Assembly: GCA_048939015.1 (NCBI GenBank)
Contig: JBHLPW010000006.1
Span: 32,001 to 96,000 of the forward strand
Reading direction: 5' to 3'
From: Promethearchaeota archaeon
Lineage (GTDB): Archaea; Asgardarchaeota; Lokiarchaeia; Sigyniarchaeales; SOKP01
DNA: 64,000 bases
In this document: piece by piece, positions 8,656 through 17,646 of the stretch
Layout: each line of letters starts with the position of its first letter
How positions within the stretch are numbered: position 1 is the first letter of the stretch
The notes under the pieces: model-generated
Databases searched by the model: none
Told to the model about the DNA's origin: nothing
The model's input: only the letters and a program-made list of their open reading frames with translations
Translations under genes and position numbers: made by a program

Positions 8656-11130
8656 TTATTCTGGAGTTCCTCGTTTTTTCATAAAGATATAGATACCAGC
8701 GATTACTGCGACTCCTCCGACTATAGACATAACGACTATAACTATAATAATGGTTGGATCTATTCCACCAGCAGGGATACTTTTAGTAATTGTTACTTCT
8801 TCAAACGTGAGATTTCCTAACGTATCATTCGCATAAAACGTAATGGTTATTGAACCTTCAGATAAAGCAGCCCATGCTGCTTGATCAATAGTACTATTCG
8901 TAGTAATATCAAATGTTGTTAAACCTCCATCAAGAGAATACCATATTGAGTCCAAGTGGTCATCTGTAACTGTAATTACGAAATCGGGGGCAGTAGTACC
9001 AAATTCGCTTCCAGCAGAAGGTGAATTGATTGTAATAGTTGGAGCTTGAGTGTCTTTTTCTATGCTTAACTCAGCAGATCCAATATTTCCTATTAGATCT
9101 GAAGCATAAACTGTGAAAGTAATACTACCGTCAGATATAGCATCCCACACAGATTGATCAATAGTTCCAGTAAATTCGGTAAATATGTAGTTATGTAATC
9201 CTCCATCTAGAGAATACCACGTTTCAACCAAATATACATCAGTTATTATAACATCGTAGCTTGGCGCATTGCTTTCAAATAAATCATCATCATTTGGCGA
9301 ATTAATCGTTATCTGGGGGGCACCGTCTTCTGCTATGGGTAAATAATCTATACTTCCAGCAGAACCACCGATATAGATATAGGGATCATCGACAATTCCA
9401 TCTTGTGGGGGATCATCTGGACTAGTCCAATTATCCCAGTAATTACCAATTGACGTGCTATTCCAAGTGTTATCAGTTCCATCATCAATCGCATGTATTC
9501 CATTTTCCAGAAAGAAATTTTTATAAATTGAGTTGTTATCACACCCTGAAGCAATGTGTATTCCCTGAGTATTATTATAGAAGATATTATCAATGATGTC
9601 ACTGTAATCGCAATTATTTTCTAGATAAATCCCGTCTTCTTCATTGTAATTTGCGGTGTTTCCCGTGATGTTAGTGTATTGGGATTGATGTAAATATATC
9701 CCATACCAAGTATTATAGTTAGCGGTGTTATCCGAGATCGTGTTATCATCGCAATTAGAAGCTAAATGTATTCCTCTTAAATTTTTATTTACGGTGTTTC
9801 CCGAGAGGGTGTTATTATCGCAATCAAGATATAATGCTATCCCATAATAATTGGTATTTTCACTTGCGGTGTTTTCCGAGAGGATGTTATTATCGCAATT
9901 ATTTTCTAGATATATCCCGTCTTCTTCATTGTAATTTGCGGTGTTTCCCGTGATGTTAGTGTAATGGGATTGATGTAAATATATCCCGAACTGAGTATTA
10001 TTGTTTGCGGTATTTCCTGAGATCGTGTTATCATCGCAATAATCTGAATGTATTCCTCTTAAATTTTTGTTTACGGTGTTTCCCGAGAGGGTGTTATTAT
10101 CGCAATCATGATATAATTCTATCCCATAATAATTAGTATTTTCACTTGCGGTGTTTCCCGAGATGGTGTTATCATCGCAGTTGGTTTCTAAACGGATTCC
10201 GTCATCTTCATTGTAGTTTGCAGTGTTATCCGAGATCGTGTTATTATTGCAATTAGTAGATAACCATATCCCATGATCGTCATTGTAGTTTGCGATGTTT
10301 CCCATGATGTTAGTGTAATTGGAGTGACTTAAATATATCCCGAAATGAGTATTATCGTTTGCGGTGTTTCCCGAGATCGTGTTATCATCGCAATAATTTA
10401 AAGTTATCCCATACCCAGTATTATCGTTTGCGGTGTTTCCCGAGAGGGTGTTTCTAGAGCAATAAGAATCTAAAGTTATTCCATAATTGTTGAGGCTTGC
10501 GTTATTTTCCGAGATGGTGTTATCATCGCAGTTGGTATCTAAATATATACCTGTATCATCATTATTATTTGCGGTGTTTCCCGAGAGGGTGTTATTACTG
10601 CAATCAGTAGATAACCATATCCCAATATTGTTGAGGCTTGCGTTGTTTCCCGCGATTATATTATCTTGACCACCGTTCAAATATATTCCAAAATAATTGT
10701 TATATATTTGATTATCTATTATTTGTCCATTAGTCACATTATCTAATCTAAGCCCTCCGAAGCCACCTAGCAGCATATCTTTTAATGTACAATTCCTGAC
10801 GGCAAAATATTTTCTTGAATTGGATATCATCAGGCAATCACCTAGCCCTGGTGAGAGAAAAGTTGAATCTTTTATCACATAGGGGTATTCCTTTGTACCG
10901 TCCCCTTCAGTGCACCAAGGTTGAGTTCTTGCCCATGCCCAATTGCCAAAGTTTGATCCATTAAACGGAAGGGTATCATCAATCCATATCCCAATATAAG
11001 TACCTGAAGTCTTTGGATTCTCAATGATAGGTTGATAATTACTACTTAAATTAAAGTTAAAATTAATAATTAAAGGAAAAACAAGCCCAATTATTAATAA
11101 AATCACTAACTTTTTTATATTGGATTTCAA
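8656..11130 (-). CDS. NosD/CASH parallel beta-helix repeat surface protein with two Ig-like domains and C-terminal TM anchor
   Basis: Signal peptide, about 18 GIYL...C..N.ISGNTA..N repeats, WYSLDGG Ig-like domains, TM helix followed by KKRG. TTG start. Confidence 0.88.
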   Translation of the reverse strand: MKSNIKKLVILLIIGLVFPLIINFNFNLSSNYQPIIENPKTSGTYIGIWIDDTLPFNGSNFGNWAWARTQPWCTEGDGTKEYPYVIKDSTFLSPGLGDCLMISNSRKYFAVRNCTLKDMLLGGFGGLRLDNVTNGQIIDNQIYNNYFGIYLNGGQDNIIAGNNASLNNIGIWLSTDCSNNTLSGNTANNNDDTGIYLDTNCDDNTISENNASLNNYGITLDSYCSRNTLSGNTANDNTGYGITLNYCDDNTISGNTANDNTHFGIYLSHSNYTNIMGNIANYNDDHGIWLSTNCNNNTISDNTANYNEDDGIRLETNCDDNTISGNTASENTNYYGIELYHDCDNNTLSGNTVNKNLRGIHSDYCDDNTISGNTANNNTQFGIYLHQSHYTNITGNTANYNEEDGIYLENNCDNNILSENTASENTNYYGIALYLDCDNNTLSGNTVNKNLRGIHLASNCDDNTISDNTANYNTWYGIYLHQSQYTNITGNTANYNEEDGIYLENNCDYSDIIDNIFYNNTQGIHIASGCDNNSIYKNFFLENGIHAIDDGTDNTWNSTSIGNYWDNWTSPDDPPQDGIVDDPYIYIGGSAGSIDYLPIAEDGAPQITINSPNDDDLFESNAPSYDVIITDVYLVETWYSLDGGLHNYIFTEFTGTIDQSVWDAISDGSITFTVYASDLIGNIGSAELSIEKDTQAPTITINSPSAGSEFGTTAPDFVITVTDDHLDSIWYSLDGGLTTFDITTNSTIDQAAWAALSEGSITITFYANDTLGNLTFEEVTITKSIPAGGIDPTIIIVIVVMSIVGGVAVIAGIYIFMKKRGTPE
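9600..10660 (-). repeat. Intragenic tandem repeats (~69-72 bp units, higher-order ~285-bp unit) encoding beta-helix rungs
   Basis: Recurrent ttgcggtgtttcccgaga motif. The block cccgtcttcttcattgtaatttgcggtgtttcccgtgatgttagtgta occurs at 9631 and 9916. Confidence 0.8.
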
Positions 11131-11415
11131 ATTGTTGTACCTAAATTTTGTTTAGATATGTATTGTTAATGTAAACCAATATATAACGATATATGTTTTC
11201 TTTTTATCAATACTCTTTGTGGATAAAAAAAATATAATATGATTCAATCATTTTGCAACATTTTTTTAAGATTTTCTTTTCGAAATCCACTAAAAAGTGT
11301 AAAAAAAAAGTAAAAAGAAAGAAATTTTGACACTAATGTTCGAATTTGATCGTTGACATCTTTAATTTATTTGTGTTTAATTTTAAAAATCAAAAACACT
11401 TTTAGATTTGATTAA

Positions 11416-11883
11416 CTACTCAGGAATAATAATCGAGTGATCTTCTTTTATTCGGTCTAAGACAATCTCTGTCTTGACTTCCTCAACTCCAGGAAGGTTG
11501 CGAAGTGTTTCTATAAGACCCATGGAGTCTGAATGATCTAGACATTTAGCCATTATGAACAAGGGATATTCTCCAGTGACCACATAAGCATACTTGATTT
11601 TTTCCATCTTTTCAATCTCGTTTTTAACATCCTCTAAGGGATTTGTTGCATTTACTCTCAGTGATGCCATTACCATTTCACGATATCCCAATTGGCGACA
11701 ATCAATCAACGCAACATACTTTTTAATCAATTCTTTCTCAAGTCGTTGAATACGTGCTCTTATCGCAGTAGCACTCTTATTAGTTTGGTGAGCAATTTCT
11801 CGGATAGTTATTTTTGCATCTTCCTGCAACAATTCGAGAATTTGTCTGTCTATATCATCTATAGTTCCATTTGTTATAACCAT
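11416..11883 (-). CDS. Lrp/AsnC family transcriptional regulator
   Basis: DDIDRQILELLQEDAK HTH, RIQRLEK, C-terminal RAM domain with VTGEY. Confidence 0.93.
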   Translation of the reverse strand: MVITNGTIDDIDRQILELLQEDAKITIREIAHQTNKSATAIRARIQRLEKELIKKYVALIDCRQLGYREMVMASLRVNATNPLEDVKNEIEKMEKIKYAYVVTGEYPLFIMAKCLDHSDSMGLIETLRNLPGVEEVKTEIVLDRIKEDHSIIIPE

Positions 11884-12178
11884 TAGAATAAACCTTTTTT
11901 TCCATATAGTAGCAATTTATAATTTATTAGTTTTTTATTAGTTTCTAACTCTCAAATAAAAAAGATTTTTCTTTACTTTTCTATAAGAATTACAAGCTTA
12001 TAATTTTTTTCACTACAATTTTATATTTCTATAGTTTTGTTTGTTTAATAAATCATATGTTTATAGAAAAAAAAACTATAGTTTATATATCACTTTGTAT
12101 TTTTTATCTATAACTGATATTGTTCATAATTAAATGAAATATCAAGTGAAAAAAAAATAAATAAAAAAACTAAAAAAA
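11884..12178. promoter_or_regulatory. Divergent promoter region between lrp and the tusA-dsr-hdr cluster
   Basis: Very AT-rich intergenic region. TATA-like tttatatat near 12082, preceded by an A-tract. Inverted pair ctatagtttt (12030) / aaaactatag (12072). Confidence 0.45.
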
Positions 12179-12412
12179 GTGAAAAAAATGGCTGTTAAAA
12201 CACTTGATTATACTGGATTGAAATGTCCGATGCCAGTGTTGAAAACTAAAAAGGAATTAAGAAGTTTGGTTTCTGGAGATGTAATAGAAGTTATCGCTGA
12301 TGATGTCGGCGCCAAAAAAGATATTCCAGCTCTTCTTAACAAGATTGGTGACGAATTAGTAGAGCTTCGAGAAGATAATGGAAATTTAACTTTTGTCATT
12401 AAAAAAGCGTAA
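12179..12412 (+). CDS. tusA: Sulfurtransferase TusA family protein
   Basis: LDYTGLKCPMP motif. The likely start is ATG 12188. Confidence 0.92.
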   Translation: MKKMAVKTLDYTGLKCPMPVLKTKKELRSLVSGDVIEVIADDVGAKKDIPALLNKIGDELVELREDNGNLTFVIKKA

Positions 12413-12429
12413 AATACGTTATACGGAGT

Positions 12430-12810
12430 ATGGATATTAATATGTCTAAATATGTTTTCTTTATTAGCACAGAGCCTTATAAATATCAAGCAGTAGATTC
12501 TCTGATAGAAATAGGTAAAGCTGCAATAAAAAAGGGGCATGAAATTACGGGTATATTTTTCTTTGGAACTGGTGTCTATAATCTTAAAAAGGATATTAGT
12601 TGCGGAAGTACTCTAAGAAACATTCCTGAAAAAATTGAGAAATTTTCTAAAGAGAATAATATTCGCGTTGCTGGATGTAGTACATGGGTAAGTATAACAG
12701 GGCTGAAAGAACCAGAATTCATTGAAGGAGCATCTGAAGAAGGTTTAGGGGACTTTTCAAATTGGGCGATTGGGGCTGATAAACTAATAGTATTTGGAGC
12801 AGGAGGTTAG
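12430..12810 (+). CDS. dsrE: DsrE/TusD family sulfur relay protein
   Basis: PY...A, GH.I..IFF.G.GV, active-site-equivalent Cys in AGCSTW, GL.DF...D..I.F. Confidence 0.82.
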   Translation: MDINMSKYVFFISTEPYKYQAVDSLIEIGKAAIKKGHEITGIFFFGTGVYNLKKDISCGSTLRNIPEKIEKFSKENNIRVAGCSTWVSITGLKEPEFIEGASEEGLGDFSNWAIGADKLIVFGAGG

Positions 12811-12815
12811 GTATT

Positions 12816-13184
12816 ATGGTAGAATCTGTGGTAATAATAAGTGATCAATCTCCTATTGGACGAAATTCTGCTGTTGAAGTTATTAGAATTGGTTCAGGAT
12901 TCACTGCACTTGGAGAATTCATTGATTGTAAAATTGTATTTATGGGGGATGCTGTGTATCTATTCAATAAAAATTGCGATCCTGAGGTGGTAGGAATGGA
13001 TTCTTTAGCAGAAGTATTAGAAATGGCTGATTTATCAGATTTAGAAGTAAATATTATTGAATCTGCTTTACAAGATGCGGGATTAACAAAAGAAGATATG
13101 ATTGACTATGAAAATTTGAAATTCATTGGATACGATGAACTAACAGATTTGATTGCTAATGCAGATGTGTCTTTTAGATATTAG
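12816..13184 (+). CDS. dsrF: DsrF/TusC family protein
   Basis: SP.G...A.E..R and VFMGDAVY motifs. Positioned between dsrE and dsrH. Confidence 0.8.
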   Translation: MVESVVIISDQSPIGRNSAVEVIRIGSGFTALGEFIDCKIVFMGDAVYLFNKNCDPEVVGMDSLAEVLEMADLSDLEVNIIESALQDAGLTKEDMIDYENLKFIGYDELTDLIANADVSFRY

Positions 13185-13200
13185 AGGAGGTTAGAAAAAG

Positions 13201-13542
13201 ATGTCAGAAAATCTTGATATGATATATTTGTTTGGATATAGCGGATTAACAGGAAGTCAATTAGAGAGATTATTACCTATTTTAAAAAGTCAAATTAAAA
13301 AGAACACAAAACTTGGATTAGTTTTAATTCATGATGGCGTTATCGGGATTACAACAAAGGGAAAGATGCCAAAAGAACTGGAAGAAATTCTCAGTTTAGA
13401 TGTTGAATTATTTGCTATGAAATCAGATATGAAAGCACGTGGTATTGCTCCTGAATATGTACATGACAAAATTAAAGCAATAGATTATGATGACCTTATA
13501 GATGTCATTGATACTACACCAAAAGTGATATCTTGGATGTAG
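13201..13542 (+). CDS. dsrH: DsrH/TusB family protein
   Basis: LIHDGV, D..ARG and IDYD.LID....K.ISW signatures. Confidence 0.85.
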   Translation: MSENLDMIYLFGYSGLTGSQLERLLPILKSQIKKNTKLGLVLIHDGVIGITTKGKMPKELEEILSLDVELFAMKSDMKARGIAPEYVHDKIKAIDYDDLIDVIDTTPKVISWM

Positions 13543-13653
13543 GAGGACAAGAAAACAAAATTCAAAAAATTTTTTTGAAAAATCCTGGGTTAAACCAGAA
13601 AAATTAAACTATATATAACAAAAAAAAGGAAATTTCCAAAAAAAAACAAAAAA

Positions 13654-14088
13654 GTGGTAAATATGGCTGAAGATGCTGAAACAATAAACTTTATTGTAAA
13701 GGATAAGTCATTTGAGAAGTTTGCGATGATGGCTATCCTTGGTTCAACTGGTGACGCAATGGATATGAAAATGAATTTTTTCTTTACCTTTTGGGGTTTG
13801 AACTTATTAACCAAAAAGTTTAAACCTAAAGTTGCTGGAATGCCTACTCCTATGAAAGGTATGGGAGCAAAAATTTTCACAAAAAGGATGAAAAAGTTTG
13901 GAATTGAAGATCCATGGGCTTTAATTAAAGATGGTGTTGAAAACGGTAATTTAAAATTATATCCATGTCAAATGACAATGGATTTAATGGGTATTAAAGC
14001 TGAAGATATAATTGATTTCGCAGAACCACCGGTTGGAGCAGCTTCATTCTTAGAAATGAGCAATGGAGGCAGAATAGTCTCATTATAA
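13654..14088 (+). CDS. DsrE/DsrF/DrsH-like (DsrE2-type) sulfurtransferase
   Basis: FFTFWGL, PCQMTMDLMG and VGAA.FL motifs. Confidence 0.85.
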   Translation: MVNMAEDAETINFIVKDKSFEKFAMMAILGSTGDAMDMKMNFFFTFWGLNLLTKKFKPKVAGMPTPMKGMGAKIFTKRMKKFGIEDPWALIKDGVENGNLKLYPCQMTMDLMGIKAEDIIDFAEPPVGAASFLEMSNGGRIVSL

Positions 14089-14131
14089 ATTAAATTTTAA
14101 TAAATTTTTTTTTTATTTTTTAACAAAAAAA

Positions 14132-14698
14132 GTGATGATAATGTCTGATGTAAAAGAAGAACACCGTGAATTTAAAACGGATGATGATTTTGATCAAGAA
14201 TTTTTTAAAAGTATAGAGAGAAGATCAAATATCTGGCAGTGCATCCAATGTGGTACATGCACAGCGAGCTGTGAAAGTGGAAGATGGACTGCTTTAAAAA
14301 CTCGTTCAATTGTAAGAAAAGTGGTATTAGGAGACCTTTCAGTGCTAAGGGACCCTGATATTTGGTTATGTACAACATGTTATCAATGTTATGAGCGATG
14401 TCCACGTGATGTAAGACCTACTGATGTAATTATGGAGTTAAGAAATTACGCTACTAAATTAGGTAATATTTCTCCTAACCATAGAGCGGTTGTAGGTTAT
14501 TTAAAGAATTTTGGACATGCTGTACCAATTAATGATGAAGTAAGAAAAAGAAGAGTCGATTTAGGACTAGAAGAATTACCTCCTACTGCGTTTAAATTTA
14601 AGCAAGAGGGGGATGATAAAGATTTAAAGAATATTGAAGAATATATGTTTAATTTACCTCCAGTTAAGGAGGATAAAAAAGAAAAGGAGGAGGCATAA
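14132..14698 (+). CDS. hdrC: Heterodisulfide reductase subunit C
   Basis: CIQCGTCTASC, IWLCTTCYQCYERCPR and GHAVPI. Confidence 0.93.
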   Translation: MMIMSDVKEEHREFKTDDDFDQEFFKSIERRSNIWQCIQCGTCTASCESGRWTALKTRSIVRKVVLGDLSVLRDPDIWLCTTCYQCYERCPRDVRPTDVIMELRNYATKLGNISPNHRAVVGYLKNFGHAVPINDEVRKRRVDLGLEELPPTAFKFKQEGDDKDLKNIEEYMFNLPPVKEDKKEKEEA

Positions 14699-14700
14699 AA

Positions 14701-15618
14701 TTGGTTAAAGAAAACACATTTGCGTTCTTTTTAGGGTGTATAATGCCTAATCGATATCCTGCGATCGAGAAATCAACGAAATTTGTCATGGATAAATTAG
14801 GATATGAACTCTTAGATATGGAAAGAGCAACTTGTTGTCCTGCTCCAGGAGTTTTCCGTTCTTTCAATAAATTTGATTGGATGGTGGCAGCTGCAAGAAA
14901 TCTTTGTATTGCTGAAAAATTAGATGCTGATATTTTAACAGTTTGTAATGGCTGTTTTGGCACACTTCAAGAAGTAAATAAACACCTTAAAGAAAACGAA
15001 GAACATCGTGAAATGGTAAACGAAAAACTCAAATTACTGGGAGACTATGAATTTAAAGGAACGATTAATGTACGCCATGTAGCTGAAGTTTTGGGTTATG
15101 AAATTGGACCATGGGGAATTGAAGATCATATTGTTAGAAAATTAAATCTTAAAGCGGCGATTCATTATGGGTGTCATTTCTTAAAGCCTACCAGAATTAG
15201 GGAAATTGAAAGTTCTGAAGGTCCAACAATAATTGAAGATTTTATTGAAGTATTAGGAGTTGAATCGGTACGATTTAAAGAACAGCTTACATGCTGTGGT
15301 GCAGGTGGAGGGGTAAAAGCATATTCTGGTGATGCAAGTATGACAATTTTCGGTGAGAAAATGAAAAACATCGATGAAGTAAAACCAGATATAATCTTAG
15401 ATATCTGTCCATTTTGTCATTTACAATTTGAAACAGGCCAAGATTATTTAAATAAAAACAAAGGCTGTAATTATGATTATCCTGTAATTCATATCTCACA
15501 ACTCGTTGCCTATTGTATGGGAATGGATCAAGAATTTATTGGTCTTCAATATCAGTTAATGGGACAGGAGTTTATATTTGGAGGAGAAGAATTAAATAAA
15601 GAGGAGGAGGTTGCTTAA
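14701..15618 (+). CDS. hdrB: Heterodisulfide reductase subunit B
   Basis: Two CCG domains: GC..CCPAPG..CNGC and GCH..CCGAGGG..CPFC. TTG start after a GGAGG SD. Confidence 0.94.
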   Translation: MVKENTFAFFLGCIMPNRYPAIEKSTKFVMDKLGYELLDMERATCCPAPGVFRSFNKFDWMVAAARNLCIAEKLDADILTVCNGCFGTLQEVNKHLKENEEHREMVNEKLKLLGDYEFKGTINVRHVAEVLGYEIGPWGIEDHIVRKLNLKAAIHYGCHFLKPTRIREIESSEGPTIIEDFIEVLGVESVRFKEQLTCCGAGGGVKAYSGDASMTIFGEKMKNIDEVKPDIILDICPFCHLQFETGQDYLNKNKGCNYDYPVIHISQLVAYCMGMDQEFIGLQYQLMGQEFIFGGEELNKEEEVA

Positions 15619-17646
15619 ATGACAGTAAAAGATGAAAAAGTAACCGATTCAAGTAATATTAGTGATAATGAAAAAGAAGAAGAACCTAAAATAGGCGTTT
15701 TTATATGTCATTGTGGTCATAATATCGCAGGGACAGTTGATGTGGCTAAAGTCGCAGATTATGCTAAAAATTTGCCTAATGTGGTTAAAGCGGAGCATTA
15801 TATGTTTATGTGTTCTAAACCAGGAGTTCAAATGCTCAAAGATTCTATTGAAGAATTAGGAGTTAATCGTAGTGTAGTAGCCAGTTGCTCGAAAAACCAA
15901 CATGGCAGAACTTTTGCTAAAGCAATTGAAGAGATGGGACTTAATAAGCACAGACATCAACAAGTAAATATTAGAGAATTTAATAGTTGGGTACATCAGA
16001 AAGAGAAAGATAAAGCAACCAATAAAGCAATGAAGTTAGTGGAAGCTGGAGTAAATAGGGCAAGGAAACTAGAGGATGTTGAAACTCGAAGAGTCCCAAC
16101 TACTAAAGCCGCGTTAGTTATTGGTGCTGGAATTGCTGGACTTCGTGCTTCTTATGATCTAGCCGAATTAGGGATACCAGTTTATTTAATTGAGAGACTT
16201 TCAACTATCGGAGGGCATATGACTCAATTAAATAAGACATTTCCAACACTTGAGTGTCCACAGTGTTCAATAAGTCCTTTGACTAATGGAGTTGCAAATC
16301 ACCCACTTGTTGAGCTTTATACAAACGCTCAGATAAAAAACGTACAAGGATCGATGGGTAATTTTGAAGTTGAGGTTGAAATAAAACCTCGATACGTTAA
16401 AGATAATTGTACATCTTGTGGTGAATGTGCTGCTCATTGTCCTGTGGAAGTCCCTAGTGAATGGGACAGTGGAATGTCAATGAGAAACGCAATTTATAAA
16501 GCTTATCCGCAAGCAATTCCCGCTACGTATGTGAGAGACAAGAAAAATTGTATTGAATGTAATACGTGTGTTAATGTTTGTCCCGTTCAGGCTGTAGATT
16601 TTTCAATGCAAGCAGAAACTAAAACTTTTAAAGTTGGTTCTATTGTTGTTGCTGCAGGTTATGATGAGTATGACCCATCAGAAATAGAACCATACCATTA
16701 TGGTCAAGAAGGATTTGAAGATGTTATAACTCAACTCAAATTAGAAAGGATGTTAGCTCCAGGTTCTCTTACTAACAGTCAAGTACTTCGTCCTTCTGAT
16801 GGTAAAATCCCCAAAAGTGTCGTAATGATACAATGTGTAGGAAGTAGAAATGATCAAGTAGGAAATCAATATTGTACAGGAGTTTGTTGTAAATTTGCAA
16901 TTAAGAATGCTCGAATTGTAAAAGAAATGTATCCAGATACAGATGTTACAATTTGCTATATTGATGTGAGAACTCCTGGTTTAAACTTTGAAGAATTATA
17001 TAAATCTGCACAAGAAGTGGGTGTAAGATTCATTAGAGGACGTCCATCAGAGATCCTAAGAGATCCTGTGTCTGGAGAATTAAAGGTAATTGTTGAAGAT
17101 ACATTAAGTCAAACTCCTTTAAAACTAAAAGCAGATATGGTAGTATTATCAGCAGCGATGGTACCTCCCGAAGGTATCGGTCCATTAGGATCAAAGTTAC
17201 AGGTTCTACGCTCAAAAGAAGGATTTTTAAAAGAATTCCATATTAAAATGAATCCGACTTTAAGCAGTAAAGGAGGAATATTTTTAGCGGGAGCAATTCA
17301 AGGTCCTAAAGATATTTCTGAAAGTGTTGCTCAAGCAGGTAATGCTGCAGCTATAGCTGCTGCTCCATTAGTTAAGGGCTATATTGAAAAGGAAATGTTA
17401 ATTCCTTCAGTAGATTTTGAATTATGCGTAAGATGTAGTTTATGTAAAACTGTATGTGCTCCAGCAGCGATAGAAATAAATGATGATGGAACGCCTATGA
17501 TTAATGAAGTTGCTTGTAAATCATGTGGTATGTGCATGCCTGTATGTCCTACGGGAGCAATTCAATTATTAAATTTTAGTGATGATCAATTGTTAGATGA
17601 AATAATCGCAATATCAGGAGGAGGTGCTGTATGCGAAAATGAGTGA
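15619..17646 (+). CDS. hdrA: Heterodisulfide reductase subunit A
   Basis: CHCG.NI, NIRE..SW.H, GAGIAG, KTFPT.EC..C, inserted 2[4Fe-4S] domain, QCVGSR..CT.VCC, C-terminal ferredoxin. Confidence 0.95.
   Translation: MTVKDEKVTDSSNISDNEKEEEPKIGVFICHCGHNIAGTVDVAKVADYAKNLPNVVKAEHYMFMCSKPGVQMLKDSIEELGVNRSVVASCSKNQHGRTFAKAIEEMGLNKHRHQQVNIREFNSWVHQKEKDKATNKAMKLVEAGVNRARKLEDVETRRVPTTKAALVIGAGIAGLRASYDLAELGIPVYLIERLSTIGGHMTQLNKTFPTLECPQCSISPLTNGVANHPLVELYTNAQIKNVQGSMGNFEVEVEIKPRYVKDNCTSCGECAAHCPVEVPSEWDSGMSMRNAIYKAYPQAIPATYVRDKKNCIECNTCVNVCPVQAVDFSMQAETKTFKVGSIVVAAGYDEYDPSEIEPYHYGQEGFEDVITQLKLERMLAPGSLTNSQVLRPSDGKIPKSVVMIQCVGSRNDQVGNQYCTGVCCKFAIKNARIVKEMYPDTDVTICYIDVRTPGLNFEELYKSAQEVGVRFIRGRPSEILRDPVSGELKVIVEDTLSQTPLKLKADMVVLSAAMVPPEGIGPLGSKLQVLRSKEGFLKEFHIKMNPTLSSKGGIFLAGAIQGPKDISESVAQAGNAAAIAAAPLVKGYIEKEMLIPSVDFELCVRCSLCKTVCAPAAIEINDDGTPMINEVACKSCGMCMPVCPTGAIQLLNFSDDQLLDEIIAISGGGAVCENE

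Noticed and set aside
9600-10660. CRISPR-like periodic repeats
   Set aside because: The repeats are in-frame coding units of a beta-helix protein, with no unique spacers and no cas genes.
1-11415. Prophage or integrative element in the variable region
   Set aside because: No integrase, transposase, capsid or replication gene was recognised.
8318-11665. Diversity-generating retroelement TR/VR pair as the explanation for the 250-bp repeat
   Set aside because: Mismatches are synonymous and not adenine-specific on either strand, and no reverse transcriptase is present in the window.
12179-13542. TusABCD tRNA 2-thiolation operon
   Set aside because: No tusE, mnmA or cysteine desulfurase is adjacent and the genes are embedded with hdr. 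It cannot be fully excluded without the rest of the genome.
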